From NCBI GenBank assembly GCA_977030845.1, contig OZ365110.1, positions 30,070,001 to 30,134,000 of the forward strand: a stretch of 64,000 nt of DNA. The letters run 5' to 3'. The DNA is from Fimbriosthenelais zetlandica (taxonomy: Eukaryota). Under the pieces are notes generated by a model. It did no database searches and was not told the DNA's origin. It saw only the letters and a program-made list of their open reading frames with translations. A program made the position numbers and the translations under genes. Positions 1-11,932 of this stretch are shown here, one piece after another; position 1 is the first letter of the stretch, and every line of letters starts with the position of its first letter.

Positions 1-1
1 T

Positions 2-388
2 CAGTCTAACTGTGATGTGAACCAACCTGGATATGACAGACTCTCTCCTCTCTATTATGAAGGAGAGACTGTCATGCCGGTAGAGTTTGCCTTGAATCGT
101 CACCGTTGGATCGTGGTCCGGGCCCTGGTTGTGGCCGGTTGTGACCGAGGTCCCATCAGAATCTGGCTTCAGCGAGTTCTCGAAGAAGGCTATGTGCATT
201 ACGGAGAAGAAGCTATTCAGGAAGTAAGAAGTCTCATTTTCCAGCCGATGTCGCTGAAAGATCAAGCCAGGATCTTCATCAGAAATCGCTTCTCCAGCGG
301 GTTGCTGAAACAAGTCCATCGGCTGCCCATCCCTCAAGTATTACGCAGCTTCGTCCTCATGAATGAATTCATTTCAGTGGAATATTAA
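2..388 (+). CDS. 3' terminal coding part of an ankyrin-repeat and SOCS-box (ASB-like) protein; 5' part lies outside the window
   Basis: Frame is open from nt 2 (QSNCDVNQPGYDRLSPLYY, ankyrin-repeat-like). The C-terminus SLKDQARIFIRNRFSSGLLKQVHRLPIPQVLRSFV matches the SOCS box pattern (BC box xLxxxxRxxIR plus LPLP-type Cul5 box). Stop TAA at 386-388. Confidence 0.75.
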   Translation, partial: QSNCDVNQPGYDRLSPLYYEGETVMPVEFALNRHRWIVVRALVVAGCDRGPIRIWLQRVLEEGYVHYGEEAIQEVRSLIFQPMSLKDQARIFIRNRFSSGLLKQVHRLPIPQVLRSFVLMNEFISVEY

Positions 389-1934
389 GGGCCTGGGAAC
401 TATTTTTTAAAGTGGTTTTTGATCGTCTGTTCATGATATTACTCGTGGCTTATTCTATGCCAAGAGTGGATTTATGTTTTTCCAAAGTCGTCCTCACAAA
501 ATGTCAACCCTGCATTTGTTGGCATCAGCACATTTAACTTTATATTCGATCTGGAAGAAACCATGTATGTTGACATCAGTGTCTTTTTGTAAACATCACT
601 AAGCTGAACAGACTTTAGTTATTTACCTTTATACACCTATAGTTAAATGAAAGCCATGAAAACCTTATCGTGATATTTTTTTATTTCCCTATTTTGATAT
701 TTGGTGCCATCATAAAGAATCAAAGTCCTAACCTTCGAAATGTTAATTCCTTAGAATTGTATTTGAAAAACTGTTGTACAAGCTCTTCTGATAAAGACCG
801 TGGTGCGCTACAATATTGTCTTATGCCACAAAAATCAACGTATTGGCCATATATTTATCTAACCCCATTCCACATATTATTATTGATGAAAATATGTGTC
901 TCTATAGATATCTAGATGAAGATATTTCTCTCTATATATTTGAATGTATATGTATTTACTAACTGATTTCGTATCCACTTCAGGTCCATCTGAACAAGAA
1001 AGGTTTTAACCTAACCCATTTGTGACAATTTGTATACTCATATTCATATTGCAGTGAACCATGTGTAGTGTTTGAAATAACTTGCTACTGATTCTTGAAT
1101 TTTCCCCCTTTATTTTTGAGGACATAATACTGTTGTATGGTGCTCTTTGCCATGTCTACCATGTTATCTATATTTACAGAATGTTGTTAAGTCTCCTATT
1201 GACAAGTTAAAGTGTTTGGTGTTGGCTGTATCTACAGTGTGCTATTAGCGCTAGTGTTTCCATGGGAAATTATCTACATATCTTGTCAAGATTTAGACGT
1301 TTCAGATGTTGTTTTGATGTTATGGGGATCTACTTTTGGTACATGTTTTGTGATGTGAATTTGAACATGGCAGGAGAGCTCTCCGCTCAGAGTGAAACCT
1401 TTGATGTCACACTATTGCGGAATGTGATCAATGAATCTTATTTTGTTGGAATTTTTTGGGGGGAAGAATTATTATTTTTGGTTTGAATGAAATATGCTTG
1501 ATGAATCTGTCTTATATCGTAATGTATACATGTCAGGTTCCATGAGGGATTTTTGTTCCTATCACGGCTGTATACAAATCTGACTGCATTCTGCCTAAAG
1601 TCATTGTTATTCCGACTGGATGCATTGGATCCTATATAAAGTATATCAAACTGCGGTGGTAATTTAGTCAGAGTTTGCAAATATTAAACAACTCTCCCAG
1701 AATCATATGTAGTCACCCAATAGTGTGATTGACGATACAATTACTGTATTATGTGACCATTATAATGGTGTTGCCACTAGACAAGTTTATAATTAGAAAA
1801 TTTCTCATTATTCTTAGCATATTTTGTTTAACATTCTTTATGAAGTGCAATTTGGTATTATTTTTACTTGTGGATCTGAATAAAAGTACATAATAATGCC
1901 GTTATTAGTTATAATAAATCATAACTGTCTGATA

Positions 1935-2140
1935 ACTTGAGTTAAATGGACTAGTGTTATTACTATGGTTGCTTATCTACCCTCCAAATTCTGTACTGTA
2001 TATATATTCGTGTTATATCGGGCAATGGCCATCTATATACATGACTTGAGTTCAAGGGTCTAGTGTTCTTACTATGGTTGTTTATCTACCCTCCAAGGTG
2101 TGTACTGTAATACTGGGCAATGTCCATCTAATACATGTAC
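1935..2140. repeat. Diverged ~109-bp tandem duplication
   Basis: acttgagtt..ctagtgtt..tactatggttg..tatctaccctccaa..tgtactgta..gggcaatg.ccatcta begins at 1935 and again at 2044. Confidence 0.75.
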
Positions 2141-4716
2141 ATGTACTTTATTAAAATTTTGCATCTAAAATTATTAAGTGTCTGGATGTGTATTACATGT
2201 ACATCATTCTGAAAATGAAGAAATCTATCACAAAAATAGTCATTACCTGTCTCCTGGTGTTGGACTGCGTGTACCGTAAACATGTACCGGGATAAGTATA
2301 ATAATATTATCATATATTGTTTGTTGTATATGAATCTGACTATATGAAGCATGTCCCTTTAAATTTGGTAGCCTTTCTTGGAAGACTGTTTTTCACAGTT
2401 TTCCTATCTGGTGCCTAATTGTATCATACAGTTGCTATCAGTATAAACGTCAAGCGATATTGTTGGTGGGTCGTTGTAATGAATCAATGGTCCAAGACAA
2501 GTTCAATGTTGTATGTGCAGGTCTGATGCGTGGACCATAACTTTAGTCTGGCCTACTCGTTAAGTTTATCTTAAAGGAATGTCATTAATTCTCCTCTCTA
2601 AAATTCTTGGTTTGCTAATATTTACTTTGGTGGAAATTTTCGGTCTCATACCTCACGTTTCTCTCATGTTTGGATCAAAAGAGCAATATTTGTGAAGATA
2701 AAATAAGCAATGACTTTACTATGGTATCTCTTTCCACTTTTCAGGACCTCTTGAACAGATTTTTAAATTTGAATCCTATCCATATTAGTACTTGGCTTAC
2801 AGAATTTAAAAGTGTCATACCTAAGTGAAGGTTTATACAATACCTGTAGGGATAGAACCATGATTCAGAGGTGTAGGCCGCACAGGCAGGAAGGGGAAAA
2901 TGTCTAGATGGTAGTTATAGATTGACAGGTGGATCCCTAGACTTTAGATTTAGAGGTGGTCACTATAACAGAACTTACACTTGCACTAATGGGATGTATA
3001 TCTTACTCTTTTGAGGAGTATAACCTTTCATAATCTATTATGATATCTACTACGATATGGCCAGGGCCCATTGGTAAAGCTGCTTATCCTTTCATGTGAA
3101 ATGTTTTAAACTGTTCATACGTGTTTACTGGAATATATTTCATTTAATTCTTAATACATGATGGAATTCTGAGAATGATTCTAAAATTCATAACTATATC
3201 CACTGCCCACTTTGTATAGGTAGAGATTAAATATGTTGTCTCTAACTTAGCCCTGTACCACGTGGCAAATGTAATTCTATAATATTTTTATGGGGTAAAC
3301 ATGCATTCGTAGTCAGGTGTAGTAACGTAACATATTTAATTTTTCCCCTTATATAAAGCATAAGACCTCTCATGAATGGATGCTTGCGTATTGGGGGAAT
3401 GTTCCCCGGTATTATGGTGTTTCATTGTCTTTGGAATTATGGATCCAAGGTATGGCTCAAGGCTGAAGATTGTGCTTTTCTTTGTATTTAAACCCTATAT
3501 CAATTTGGAGTATTTGGACTGTGTCAATGTCTATCAACTATTTTTAAAGAGTTTGCTTCAGATAATGTTGTAAATATTTCGTTGTGCTAACTTACTTACA
3601 ATGGTATTTAGATGTGATATCTCGGCATAATTTTGGTTATTTTTATATGTTGATAATGATTTCGTTATGAATTCAGTATATAGTCAATACTCCAGTACGA
3701 TCCTTATCTGGTTCTGTCTTTCTGGTTTTTCTTTTTCTGCCCATTCGCTATGTCTCTTCCTCCTCCCTCTGTCACTCATTCAAAATCTCTCACAAATTCT
3801 GAACTGCAGAACAGTTCTACAGAATTCCCACTGATTTTCTGAATTCATGATCAAGAGAACATTAGTTATTCGGAATATATGGTATTGTAGCGTCATCGAA
3901 TTAAATTCTCAAATTTTTGTCATACCGGTAACCCGCAATTAACTGTACAGCATAAAATATTATGATCTTGAAGTCTTCAGAAATATAATCAATTTTCACA
4001 TGATATGCGATTTGTGCCTGCCATTGGCTGTATTAAGTGGTATAGGTTTTCGTCGTTTGCACCTCACATTTGGATTCTGATGTTGTCTATAATTATGCTT
4101 GCCTGTTGCGCTTAGGCCTAATCGAGATGCTCATTTTCTTGATTTCATACCTTCTGTTGTTTCCAATTTTACATGTAAGTTGATCTTTATATTTCTATGC
4201 ATAAACATTATGAAGACTGAATATTTGTACAATGATTCGAATAAAGGAAATTCTTCATTGAATTTGAAGATTCTCTTTTTCTTGAAAGTATATACCGGTA
4301 GGCCTATGCCTATGGATCCGGCAGTAGATTTTTCTATACGCTTACAAGGCCTACAAGTCTCGCTCCAGACATTGATACCATTCAAGTTTGGGATTTTCTT
4401 TTTTAACTTACCGGTAATGTAGGCCTACCGATCATTTGATCTGACCAATCAGTAAAATCAACTAAAATTAATGTCCCTTCTAAACTCAAATAATGACCCA
4501 TAAGTGGTTGTTATTCCATGCATAGACCGTCAACTATAAGGCATATGTCAGTCGTTTATGGCGCGGGACCGCTCTTTAGCGCCACCCTCCTACCTACGGT
4601 AACTGGCCACACTAATATTTATAGTACGAGTTACATCCGCCAGGCATCCGGCAACTGCGAACGGGAAGACAACAATGGCGAGAGAACGCTCAAAATAAAC
4701 CAATACTCCTCCAAAC

Positions 4717-7314
4717 ATGAGTGCGGTAAGTCCCATCTTAGAATCTAAAACTTTATATAAAACTAGGTTTGCGAATGTGAAAAGCATTTAATGCCACTAT
4801 CAAACTCGAAAATAAGTATATACCCATATCCCCAACTGGTTCAAGGCCAAGCTTTGACAAGTAAACTGCTGGAGTGGCTGACACTGACAGGTTTTGTTTT
4901 CAAAATGTAGGAAGATGAATTTGTACTGTCTTTGTGCATTATGGGTGTAATTGTTTGACTTAATTAATTTGATTTGTATAATAAAGATTAAAACTTGTTT
5001 GCTACACAATTTAAAAGCATAATACATTATTTCACCTAGTTATAATTTGTAAAACGTATTCCTTACCCCTATTATCGCTCATGAAAGGTTCCATTTTGCC
5101 CTGGCCTAGATTCTAGAAATCTAGTAGACTACTAATCTAGCCTGGGCCTAAGAATTTCATCACTGGCAAATATCACATTTGCACTCTGGAGGAGACCACG
5201 ATTGTATATCTCTCTTCATATTGATAATTATTAATTAACAGAAAACCAAGGCAAGTTTGAATATTACTAATTAAATAGATCTATAGATCTAATAATTAGG
5301 CCTATAAGATGATAATATGATGTCATTACCGGTATGTGCTTGTTCATTTCTAGTCTGGACGAAGAAACGTTAGGAGAAAAAGACCAAGATCTGGTCGTGG
5401 ACGGAGCAGACATCCCTCTATAGAGGTATTGGATGATCTAGGCGAAGACACCCTGCCTGACATCCGGCCCCCTGGCCGTGCAAGAACACGAGGTAAATAT
5501 CCTGCAGTAGGCCTAGTGTAGGCCTAGGCATAGACCTATGTCTTTCGCCAAATGTCCACTAATAGTAATATTGATCAAAATACCTCAGAATTTTAAGTTG
5601 AATGAAAATTACCGGTAATCATATTTACCCATGTTGGACGTCATTTCCAGCCTGCAGGTAGAATCCCTCATCAAACGGTCCATTACATTTAGGTCTAAAA
5701 TTTTGAACAACTGTCTTGTCATTATAGTCAGAGAACCAGAGCCCACAATAGACTTGACGTGTGCTGACGGTGCTGATGATGATATTGTTGTGACAAGAGC
5801 CGTTCTTCCTGTAGTCGACCTCACAAATGTAATTGACAGTCCCATAGTGGTAGGTACCGTATACTTAATCACTTATACATGGTAATACTTCTATATTCTA
5901 TGTTGTTTATTCCATCTACTAACTTTTACATTTTTGTCCGTATACATACATGATGTACAAAATGACAAAATTAGTAAACTGGAGAAAGGTTCAACTATGC
6001 TAACACTGTATTTCCAGAATTAAGTTAAATTTGCTAATGATATACATGTTTACGGTATTAAAGGTAAAATATTCATTTCACATGTATTTTCCGATTCCCA
6101 CGACCATGCACGACGCTCACTTTTACAGGGTATAGGATATTTAAACATTTATTTATATAACTTGAAATATGATGGAAATATTTTTGTTCTTTCTTCCAGA
6201 TAGGAACACCTGGTAAGTAGATAGATTCATTTACAAATATTAAGAATCCATTGTGGTAAGTTCCAGTCAAAAGTGACACCTTCCCCTTACAATAATGTAT
6301 TTTTAAAAGACAATCGTACAGAGACATTTGAACGAGTCTGCATTATTACATAAAGTTCTAAATAAAAATATAAGAGTGATGGTCTTAATCACAGAAAATG
6401 ATCCTCATTGATTATTTACAGATTCGCCTCCACGACGCCGGAATCGAACCCGCATACCTAGTAACAGTGACTCAGACTCGGATCTCCAAGAGCTCCCCCC
6501 TATTCCATTCCCCATTTCTGATTCAGCGCCTAGGTGTGTACTATTAGAACTATTGGACACCTTCTATTAACCGTGTCTTTCTCTCGATAGTTTAAAAGGT
6601 GGATTCAAACTATTTGCTATAAAATTTGAAAAAATCTATGTACATGTAATAATATACTCATAGTTAGTATTTCGGTAAATTCCCCTTACTTTAAGGGGAA
6701 GGAGTTCCATGGATGTCCTAGAAAATTAACAGAGCAATTTTTAGTCCAATTTGTATTTTTTTCTAGCACTATGATAGGTGGCCCAGCGTCAGGAGGTGAC
6801 GTCGCTTTCCCCTCCTCCTCCTCTCCCCTCCCGGCACCCTCACGTACTGTGACCTGTCCTGTATGCCTAGATACGGCTGATGAGGTGAGATTATGTAATC
6901 TTTCCAAATCTTGTAGTCTTATTTAAAAGGCCAGTAGCTGAATTCCACATAATATTTCTCCCTCTCCTCAGTGCTGTAAACTGGGATGACAATTGACCCT
7001 ATGCTTGGAATGTGAGGGGCATGCAAAAGAAATAAGAGAGATAAGAACAGACTTTAGTTCCAGCAGTGTATTTCCTCCATGCTCCGATTTCTGTTTCTGC
7101 GGCCATAAACTGCCAAATGAACCCGCCAGATCATATCTAATAACTTTTTTGTTTTGTTTTGTAGGTACAGTCTAGTGGACGTCAGTTATGCTCAACCATA
7201 TGTGGTCACGTATTCTGTAACATTTGTATTTCTGACTCTATAAAAAGGCTGAAATGTTGTCCATCCTGCAGAAGGAAACTCACTGGAAAACAATTTCACC
7301 CTCTTTTTATCTAA
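4717..7314 (+). CDS. RNF4: SUMO-targeted E3 ubiquitin ligase RNF4; exons 4717-4725, 5354-5492, 5728-5849, 6200-6212, 6422-6533, 6767-6884, 7165-7314
   Basis: All introns are GT-AG with compatible phases. The spliced protein has a basic N-terminus (MSASGRRNVRRKRPR), SIMs IEVL, TIDLT, VVDLT and PIVIG, an Arg-rich motif RRRNRTR, and a C-terminal RING CPVCLD...STICGHVFCNICISDSIKRLKCCPSCRRKLTGKQFHPLFI* that closely resembles the vertebrate RNF4 C-terminus. Confidence 0.93.
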
Positions 7315-8511
7315 CCATCATTAATTTAAAAATCGCGAATATAATCGGAGCGAGTGGGAAGAGTGCACCCCCTCTTATTGTATCAAATGGGATCCGATTT
7401 ATTTTCTGAGCTCATACTTAAATGTACACTTCTCGTCTGTTCATTTTTGAGATTTAGGAGATATTAATTTTTATATTAAATTAAATCTTCTCGGAGTTAT
7501 TCGGTTATTAGGTTCCAATAAGGAGATTTGTCTATATAGGCCTAATTAATGACAATATCGCCATTTTGAGGCAAACCAACGTATTTGTCATGAAAATGTG
7601 AAAAGAATTTCATATGAATTTTTTTTTATCAAATTGCATCTTCTGGGAGTTATTCGAATAATCGACTGTCTTACAAAGCAGGTTCCAATGAGCAGAGCTG
7701 TCTGTTATTACAGGCGTACTTCATGACATTATCACTATTTTGAGACAAACCTATGTAAATATCATCAAAATGTGAAAGGAATTTCCAATGACATTCCCAC
7801 CAATGTTATACCATGTTCATTGAATATTATATCTAGATCTATGTATAAAGTCGAAACTTATCCCAACCAACACTTCATGTGCAGTATGTAGGTGCTCTGT
7901 CATTTGGCTCTCCGTTGGGAGCTTTATCATTGACATTCTGTGTGTGAGTTTCTTGGCCTCATTCACACAATAATGAGTCAAGTGTCGCAAGTGTCGTGAG
8001 TCGCAGACAGTGTCTAGATTTATTTTCATAATTAGCTGTGTCTGGTGAATTTAATACGTGTGTATTGTATTTGAGAGTTTTGTAATTATATGGAGTTAAA
8101 TTTAGGGACGGGGCTGGGTCTCTCTATATATATAAAGAGCAAAAATTATAACCAACTCTGATTTCACTTATAGTATTAATAATTTTGGTATGATATGGTA
8201 TTAATAAAACCTTCATGAAAATGAGATATGTAAGGAGTGTTGTATTAGATTGATCTATAAGAAAATTATTCATAATCGATTTCTGCCAAACCAAACAATC
8301 CTTTAAATTCTAACAATTTTTATTTCAATAAGAAATATACAGAGGCTACATTAACTGCAAAACATTTGAAAGCTCGCCATTTTCACGGTGGGGGGGAAGC
8401 TTTCTCGATCTAGAAGCGCACGGAGAAATCGGCAGTAGGCGTCATTGAGGAGGGAGTAGACATCTTGACTGAGGGGGTGGTAGACATTCTGGTGGGAGTA
8501 GGTGGCATCGT

Positions 8512-8643
8512 TTAGGGTGCAGTAGACATCCTTGAGGGTGTAGTAGACATCCTTGAGGGTGTAGTAGACATCCTGGAGGGTGTAGTAGACATCCTGGAGG
8601 GTGTGGTAGACATCCTGGAGGGTGTAGTAGACATCCTGGAGGG
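8512..8643 (-). repeat. Coding 21-bp minisatellite, (PSRMSTT)x6, at the EFCAB9 C-terminus
   Basis: Six units of gagggtgtagtagacatcc(t/c)n-type sequence on the + strand. Degenerate units continue past the stop to about 8420. Confidence 0.92.
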
Positions 8644-9739
8644 AGAGGTCAGCCCTACACTCATAGTCATACTGCTCGCTCTGGTTTTCTTTGCTTTCTC
8701 TAAGGGATGGGCTTCTCCCTCCTTGTAGAAAGTCACACTTTGATCCACATTAGTGTTTTGGAAAAGCCCCAAGAAGCGACCGATCAGATTGTTACAGAAA
8801 CCGTTGCGTTGCTCCAAACGACGCCGCTTCTTTAATTCGCGAAGCTCTTTTTGTTTGTCGATGCAAGCCATGGCAAACATACGGAATTCTTTATAATCCA
8901 ATTCCTAGGTTGGCACAAGAAAAAAAAGAACAATATTATTTTTTAATCTGGATGGCAACTATTTCTGATTGTCTTTTATTTTTGATATCATACCGATCAA
9001 ATTTTCATCCACAAAAAAAAAATCTTTTTTTTTTCTTTTTTTGTCAGCAGCGGTCGTATTGAAGTGGGGACAGGTCTCTTTACTTATGTTGTTATAAAAT
9101 CATTTTCAAGTCAAAAGGGAAAAACTACCTGATCCCCAGAGATGTCAAACTCGTTAAAAATTCTTCGGACAGCATCACCTTGGAAGTTGAAGAGAAACCC
9201 AAAGTTTTCAAACTCATCAGCAGAGATGGTCTTAGATCCGTCCTCATCAAGGAGATCAAAAACTGTCCTTGAATGGCGGTAAATAAACTGCTTCTCTTCA
9301 TTGTCCTGTCAAAAAAAAGTTGAATGCAGATTATTTATCAGAGAGATGGCCTATTAGATTTTGCTGTTCTAGGCCAAGTCCTACCACTATACTCAAATCC
9401 ATAAATTGTATAGGATCGAGGTAAACAGGACAAAAGTTAAGTATGCCTGTAATATTACCTTGTTGGCAATAAGAATACAAAGGAGGAGGTAGAACTCATC
9501 AAATTCTATTTCCCCTGATGCATCTACATCCAACATGTCAAAGACCTTATAGATCTTGCTCTTGTTTAGGTCTGTGACTGTAGTCATAAACTGACAAAAT
9601 TGGATATCTGAAAAATATAATGTTATGCATAGATAAACTATTTTGTATGGTGCCATGAATTTCCAGCCTGGTGGAAAAAAACATCAATATTATAATATTT
9701 GAGCGACAAAAAAAAACCATCTCCCAATCCAAGCGGGGA

Positions 9740-9770
<31 letters not shown>

Positions 9771-10068
9771 GCTACCAACGTTAGTCGATAGGCCTACCGC
9801 TAGTGGCGTAGATATCCATAAACCTACCCTGCCCAATTTTCTGGGGAATAATTCACAGTTTATGGATTTTATATTCATAATTTACTTTTTACAAGCGAAC
9901 TAATCTATTGTAATAAATGGGAAACAAAACCCAACCGTTGAGCCCATTTTCTTTGTGGATATCTAACTGGTTGAACAGATGGAGACTGATGTTCACCGAT
10001 CGAGCCGTCAATAAGCTGTAGTTCGGATCGAGATGAAGGTGTTGCAAACACTTAGACCGGATTTTCAT
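8512..10068 (-). CDS. EFCAB9: EF-hand calcium-binding protein EFCAB9 (CatSper-associated Ca2+/pH sensor family); exons 10068-9936, 9607-9459, 9305-9129, 8904-8512
   Basis: Spliced protein MKIRSKCLQHLHLDPNYSLLTARSVNISLHLFNQLDIHKENGLND-IQFCQFMTTVTDLNKSKIYKVFDMLDVDASGEIEFDEFYLLLCILIANK-DNEEKQFIYRHSRTVFDLLDEDGSKTISADEF...EFDISGDQ-ELDYKEFRMF. It has three EF-hand loops and the FIYRHSRTVFDLLD motif I recall from mammalian EFCAB9. Intron phases 1,0,0 are consistent. Confidence 0.88.
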
Positions 10069-10190
10069 TTTCTATGCTTTTTGGGCTGAACACACAGAAT
10101 TTTGGACAAGTTTCCGATCTAGAATAAACGGAATGAATAAAGTTTCGGGCGACGAGAAATGTTTTTCCGTCTCACAAGCTGACAACAAGG

Positions 10191-10267
10191 TTTCCCGCGT
10201 GACTATCGTTTCCGCCCAAGCTGGTCACATGATAAATAAATCACGTGGTACGTGGACAAAATGGCGG
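10191..10267. promoter_or_regulatory. Shared divergent promoter of EFCAB9 and the sugar transporter
   Basis: Lies between ATG 10068 (-) and ATG 10385 (+). Contains TTTCCCGC (10191), GTCACATGA (10224), TCACGTGG (10241) and CAAAATGGCGG (10257, YY1-type). Confidence 0.55.
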
Positions 10268-10384
10268 ACGAATAAACAAGGGACAACGAAAACGACGGGC
10301 GAGGGGAGTTTGGTTTTTGCATTCAGTGTGGATAACACCGCAATAACCGACCGAAATAATCAATATCTGAGAGATTCTAAAACC

Positions 10385-11932
10385 ATGGATCGCGATGAAG
10401 TCGGTGTTCCTCTTTTACACGATGCTGCAGGCTCAAATTCCCCGCTAATCCAACACCCGGCTGACGACGATGACGATGTGTTCACATTCCGTCCTATACA
10501 TCAGGCAAAACCGCCGCCTGGATCATCGCTGTCGCCAGTTTACAGGCAAAAAACTCCAAAATTCAGGCAGATTCTTGCTACTGTCATCTGTGCCTTCGCT
10601 CCTCTTTCTTTCGGACTGGTCCTAGGGTATTCATCTCCCACCATATCTGGATTAACAAAGGATGGCATACTGGATAAAAGTAGAGAAACATGGTTCGCTT
10701 CTGTCCCCACCTTGGGCGCCCTCGTTGGGGCCTTGGTGGGCGGATTCTCCATCAACAAGATAGGAAGGAAGGGTACACTGATTGCTTGTGGTTTACCCTT
10801 TGTCATCGGTTGGGGAATGATTATCTTTGTCAAATTAACATCTTCATACCCATTACTTCTTGCTGGTCGAGCCGTTTGCGGGGCCTCTATGGGTGTTGTC
10901 TGCACAGCTGCACCAACATACATCGGAGAAATAGCATCCCCCGATATGAGGGGGGCTCTGGGTACCGTCTTTCAAGTTGCAACATGTTTAGGAATTTTCA
11001 TGGCTTTTATCGTTGGTATACCACTCAGTTGGCAGTGGTTGGCTGTCGTTTGTTTAGCAACGAATGTGCTCATGACTATTCTCATGGTATTTGTTCCTGA
11101 AACACCAAGATATCTTGCAGCAAAAGGGTTAGATGCCCAAGCTAGAAATTCTCTTAAATGGCTCCGTGGGAACAGTTACGATATCGAAGAGGAATATGAA
11201 GAAATCACTGCCCAAATCGATGCTAATCCCGACACTTCTATCACCATAAGTGACTTAAAAAAGAAATCAATTTACAAGCCAGTTTTGTTAAGCATGGGTC
11301 TGATGTTTTTCCAACAAAGCAGTGGCATCAACGATATTGTCTTCTATGCTGAATCTATCTTCAACAATGTTCCTCAAACAATGCCAAATTCGACCAAGTC
11401 AACCACTGCTGCAGTCTTTGCCAATCCTGCCATTCCTGGGGTGATAATCACAGCCGTCCAAGTCGTAGCTACTGCTTCTTCTCTTTTTGTGATAGACCGG
11501 CTCGGTCGGAGGATCCTACTGAGTATTTCAGGGAGTCTCATGTGTGTTGGTTGTATAACAATGGGGGTGAATTACTACATACAAGAACACAATCACCAAG
11601 CTGGATATTCTTGGCTGCCCATCGCTTCATTGATTCTCTTTGTGACTGCTTTCAGTCTTGGATTTGGACCTGTTCCGTGGACACTCATGGCCGAGTTAGT
11701 TCCCTCCAGAGTTAAAGGCGTGGCCAGCGGTATTGCAGTTGTCACGAATTGGCTCACTGCCTTTATAATTACTAAAGAATTTGTTGATTTAGAAAGAGGT
11801 ATCCACCAGTATGGGACCTTCTGGTTGTTTGCTGGCATCAATGCCTTGGGTGTGATTTATGTATTCCTCCTCCTGCCAGAAACCAAAGGCAAATCTCTTG
11901 AAGAAATCGAACAATTCTTCTCTTCAATTTAG
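10385..11932 (+). CDS. Intronless MFS sugar porter, GLUT8/GLUT6 (SLC2A8)/Tret1-like
   Basis: Single ORF with about 12 hydrophobic segments and sugar-porter motifs (IGRK, YIGEIA, PETPRYL, FFQQSSGIN, IDRLGRR, GFGPVPW, LPETKGKSLEEIE). The frame is open from 10133, but ATG 10385 (aaccATGG, downstream of promoter motifs) is the preferred start. Confidence 0.92.
   Translation: MDRDEVGVPLLHDAAGSNSPLIQHPADDDDDVFTFRPIHQAKPPPGSSLSPVYRQKTPKFRQILATVICAFAPLSFGLVLGYSSPTISGLTKDGILDKSRETWFASVPTLGALVGALVGGFSINKIGRKGTLIACGLPFVIGWGMIIFVKLTSSYPLLLAGRAVCGASMGVVCTAAPTYIGEIASPDMRGALGTVFQVATCLGIFMAFIVGIPLSWQWLAVVCLATNVLMTILMVFVPETPRYLAAKGLDAQARNSLKWLRGNSYDIEEEYEEITAQIDANPDTSITISDLKKKSIYKPVLLSMGLMFFQQSSGINDIVFYAESIFNNVPQTMPNSTKSTTAAVFANPAIPGVIITAVQVVATASSLFVIDRLGRRILLSISGSLMCVGCITMGVNYYIQEHNHQAGYSWLPIASLILFVTAFSLGFGPVPWTLMAELVPSRVKGVASGIAVVTNWLTAFIITKEFVDLERGIHQYGTFWLFAGINALGVIYVFLLLPETKGKSLEEIEQFFSSI

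Noticed and set aside
3590-4420. Possible minus-strand exons divergent from RNF4 (purine-rich patch at 3700-3780, ORF 4131-4385, donor-like sites)
   Set aside because: No consistent reading frame or recognisable protein could be assembled.
9740-9769. ~30-nt G homopolymer in EFCAB9 intron 1 (potential G-quadruplex)
   Set aside because: Simple homopolymer with unreliable length and no further support.
10133-10384. 84-codon in-frame N-terminal extension of the sugar transporter ORF
   Set aside because: It runs through the promoter motifs and starts only 65 bp from the EFCAB9 ATG. ATG 10385 has a better context and places the dileucine motif at the N-terminus.
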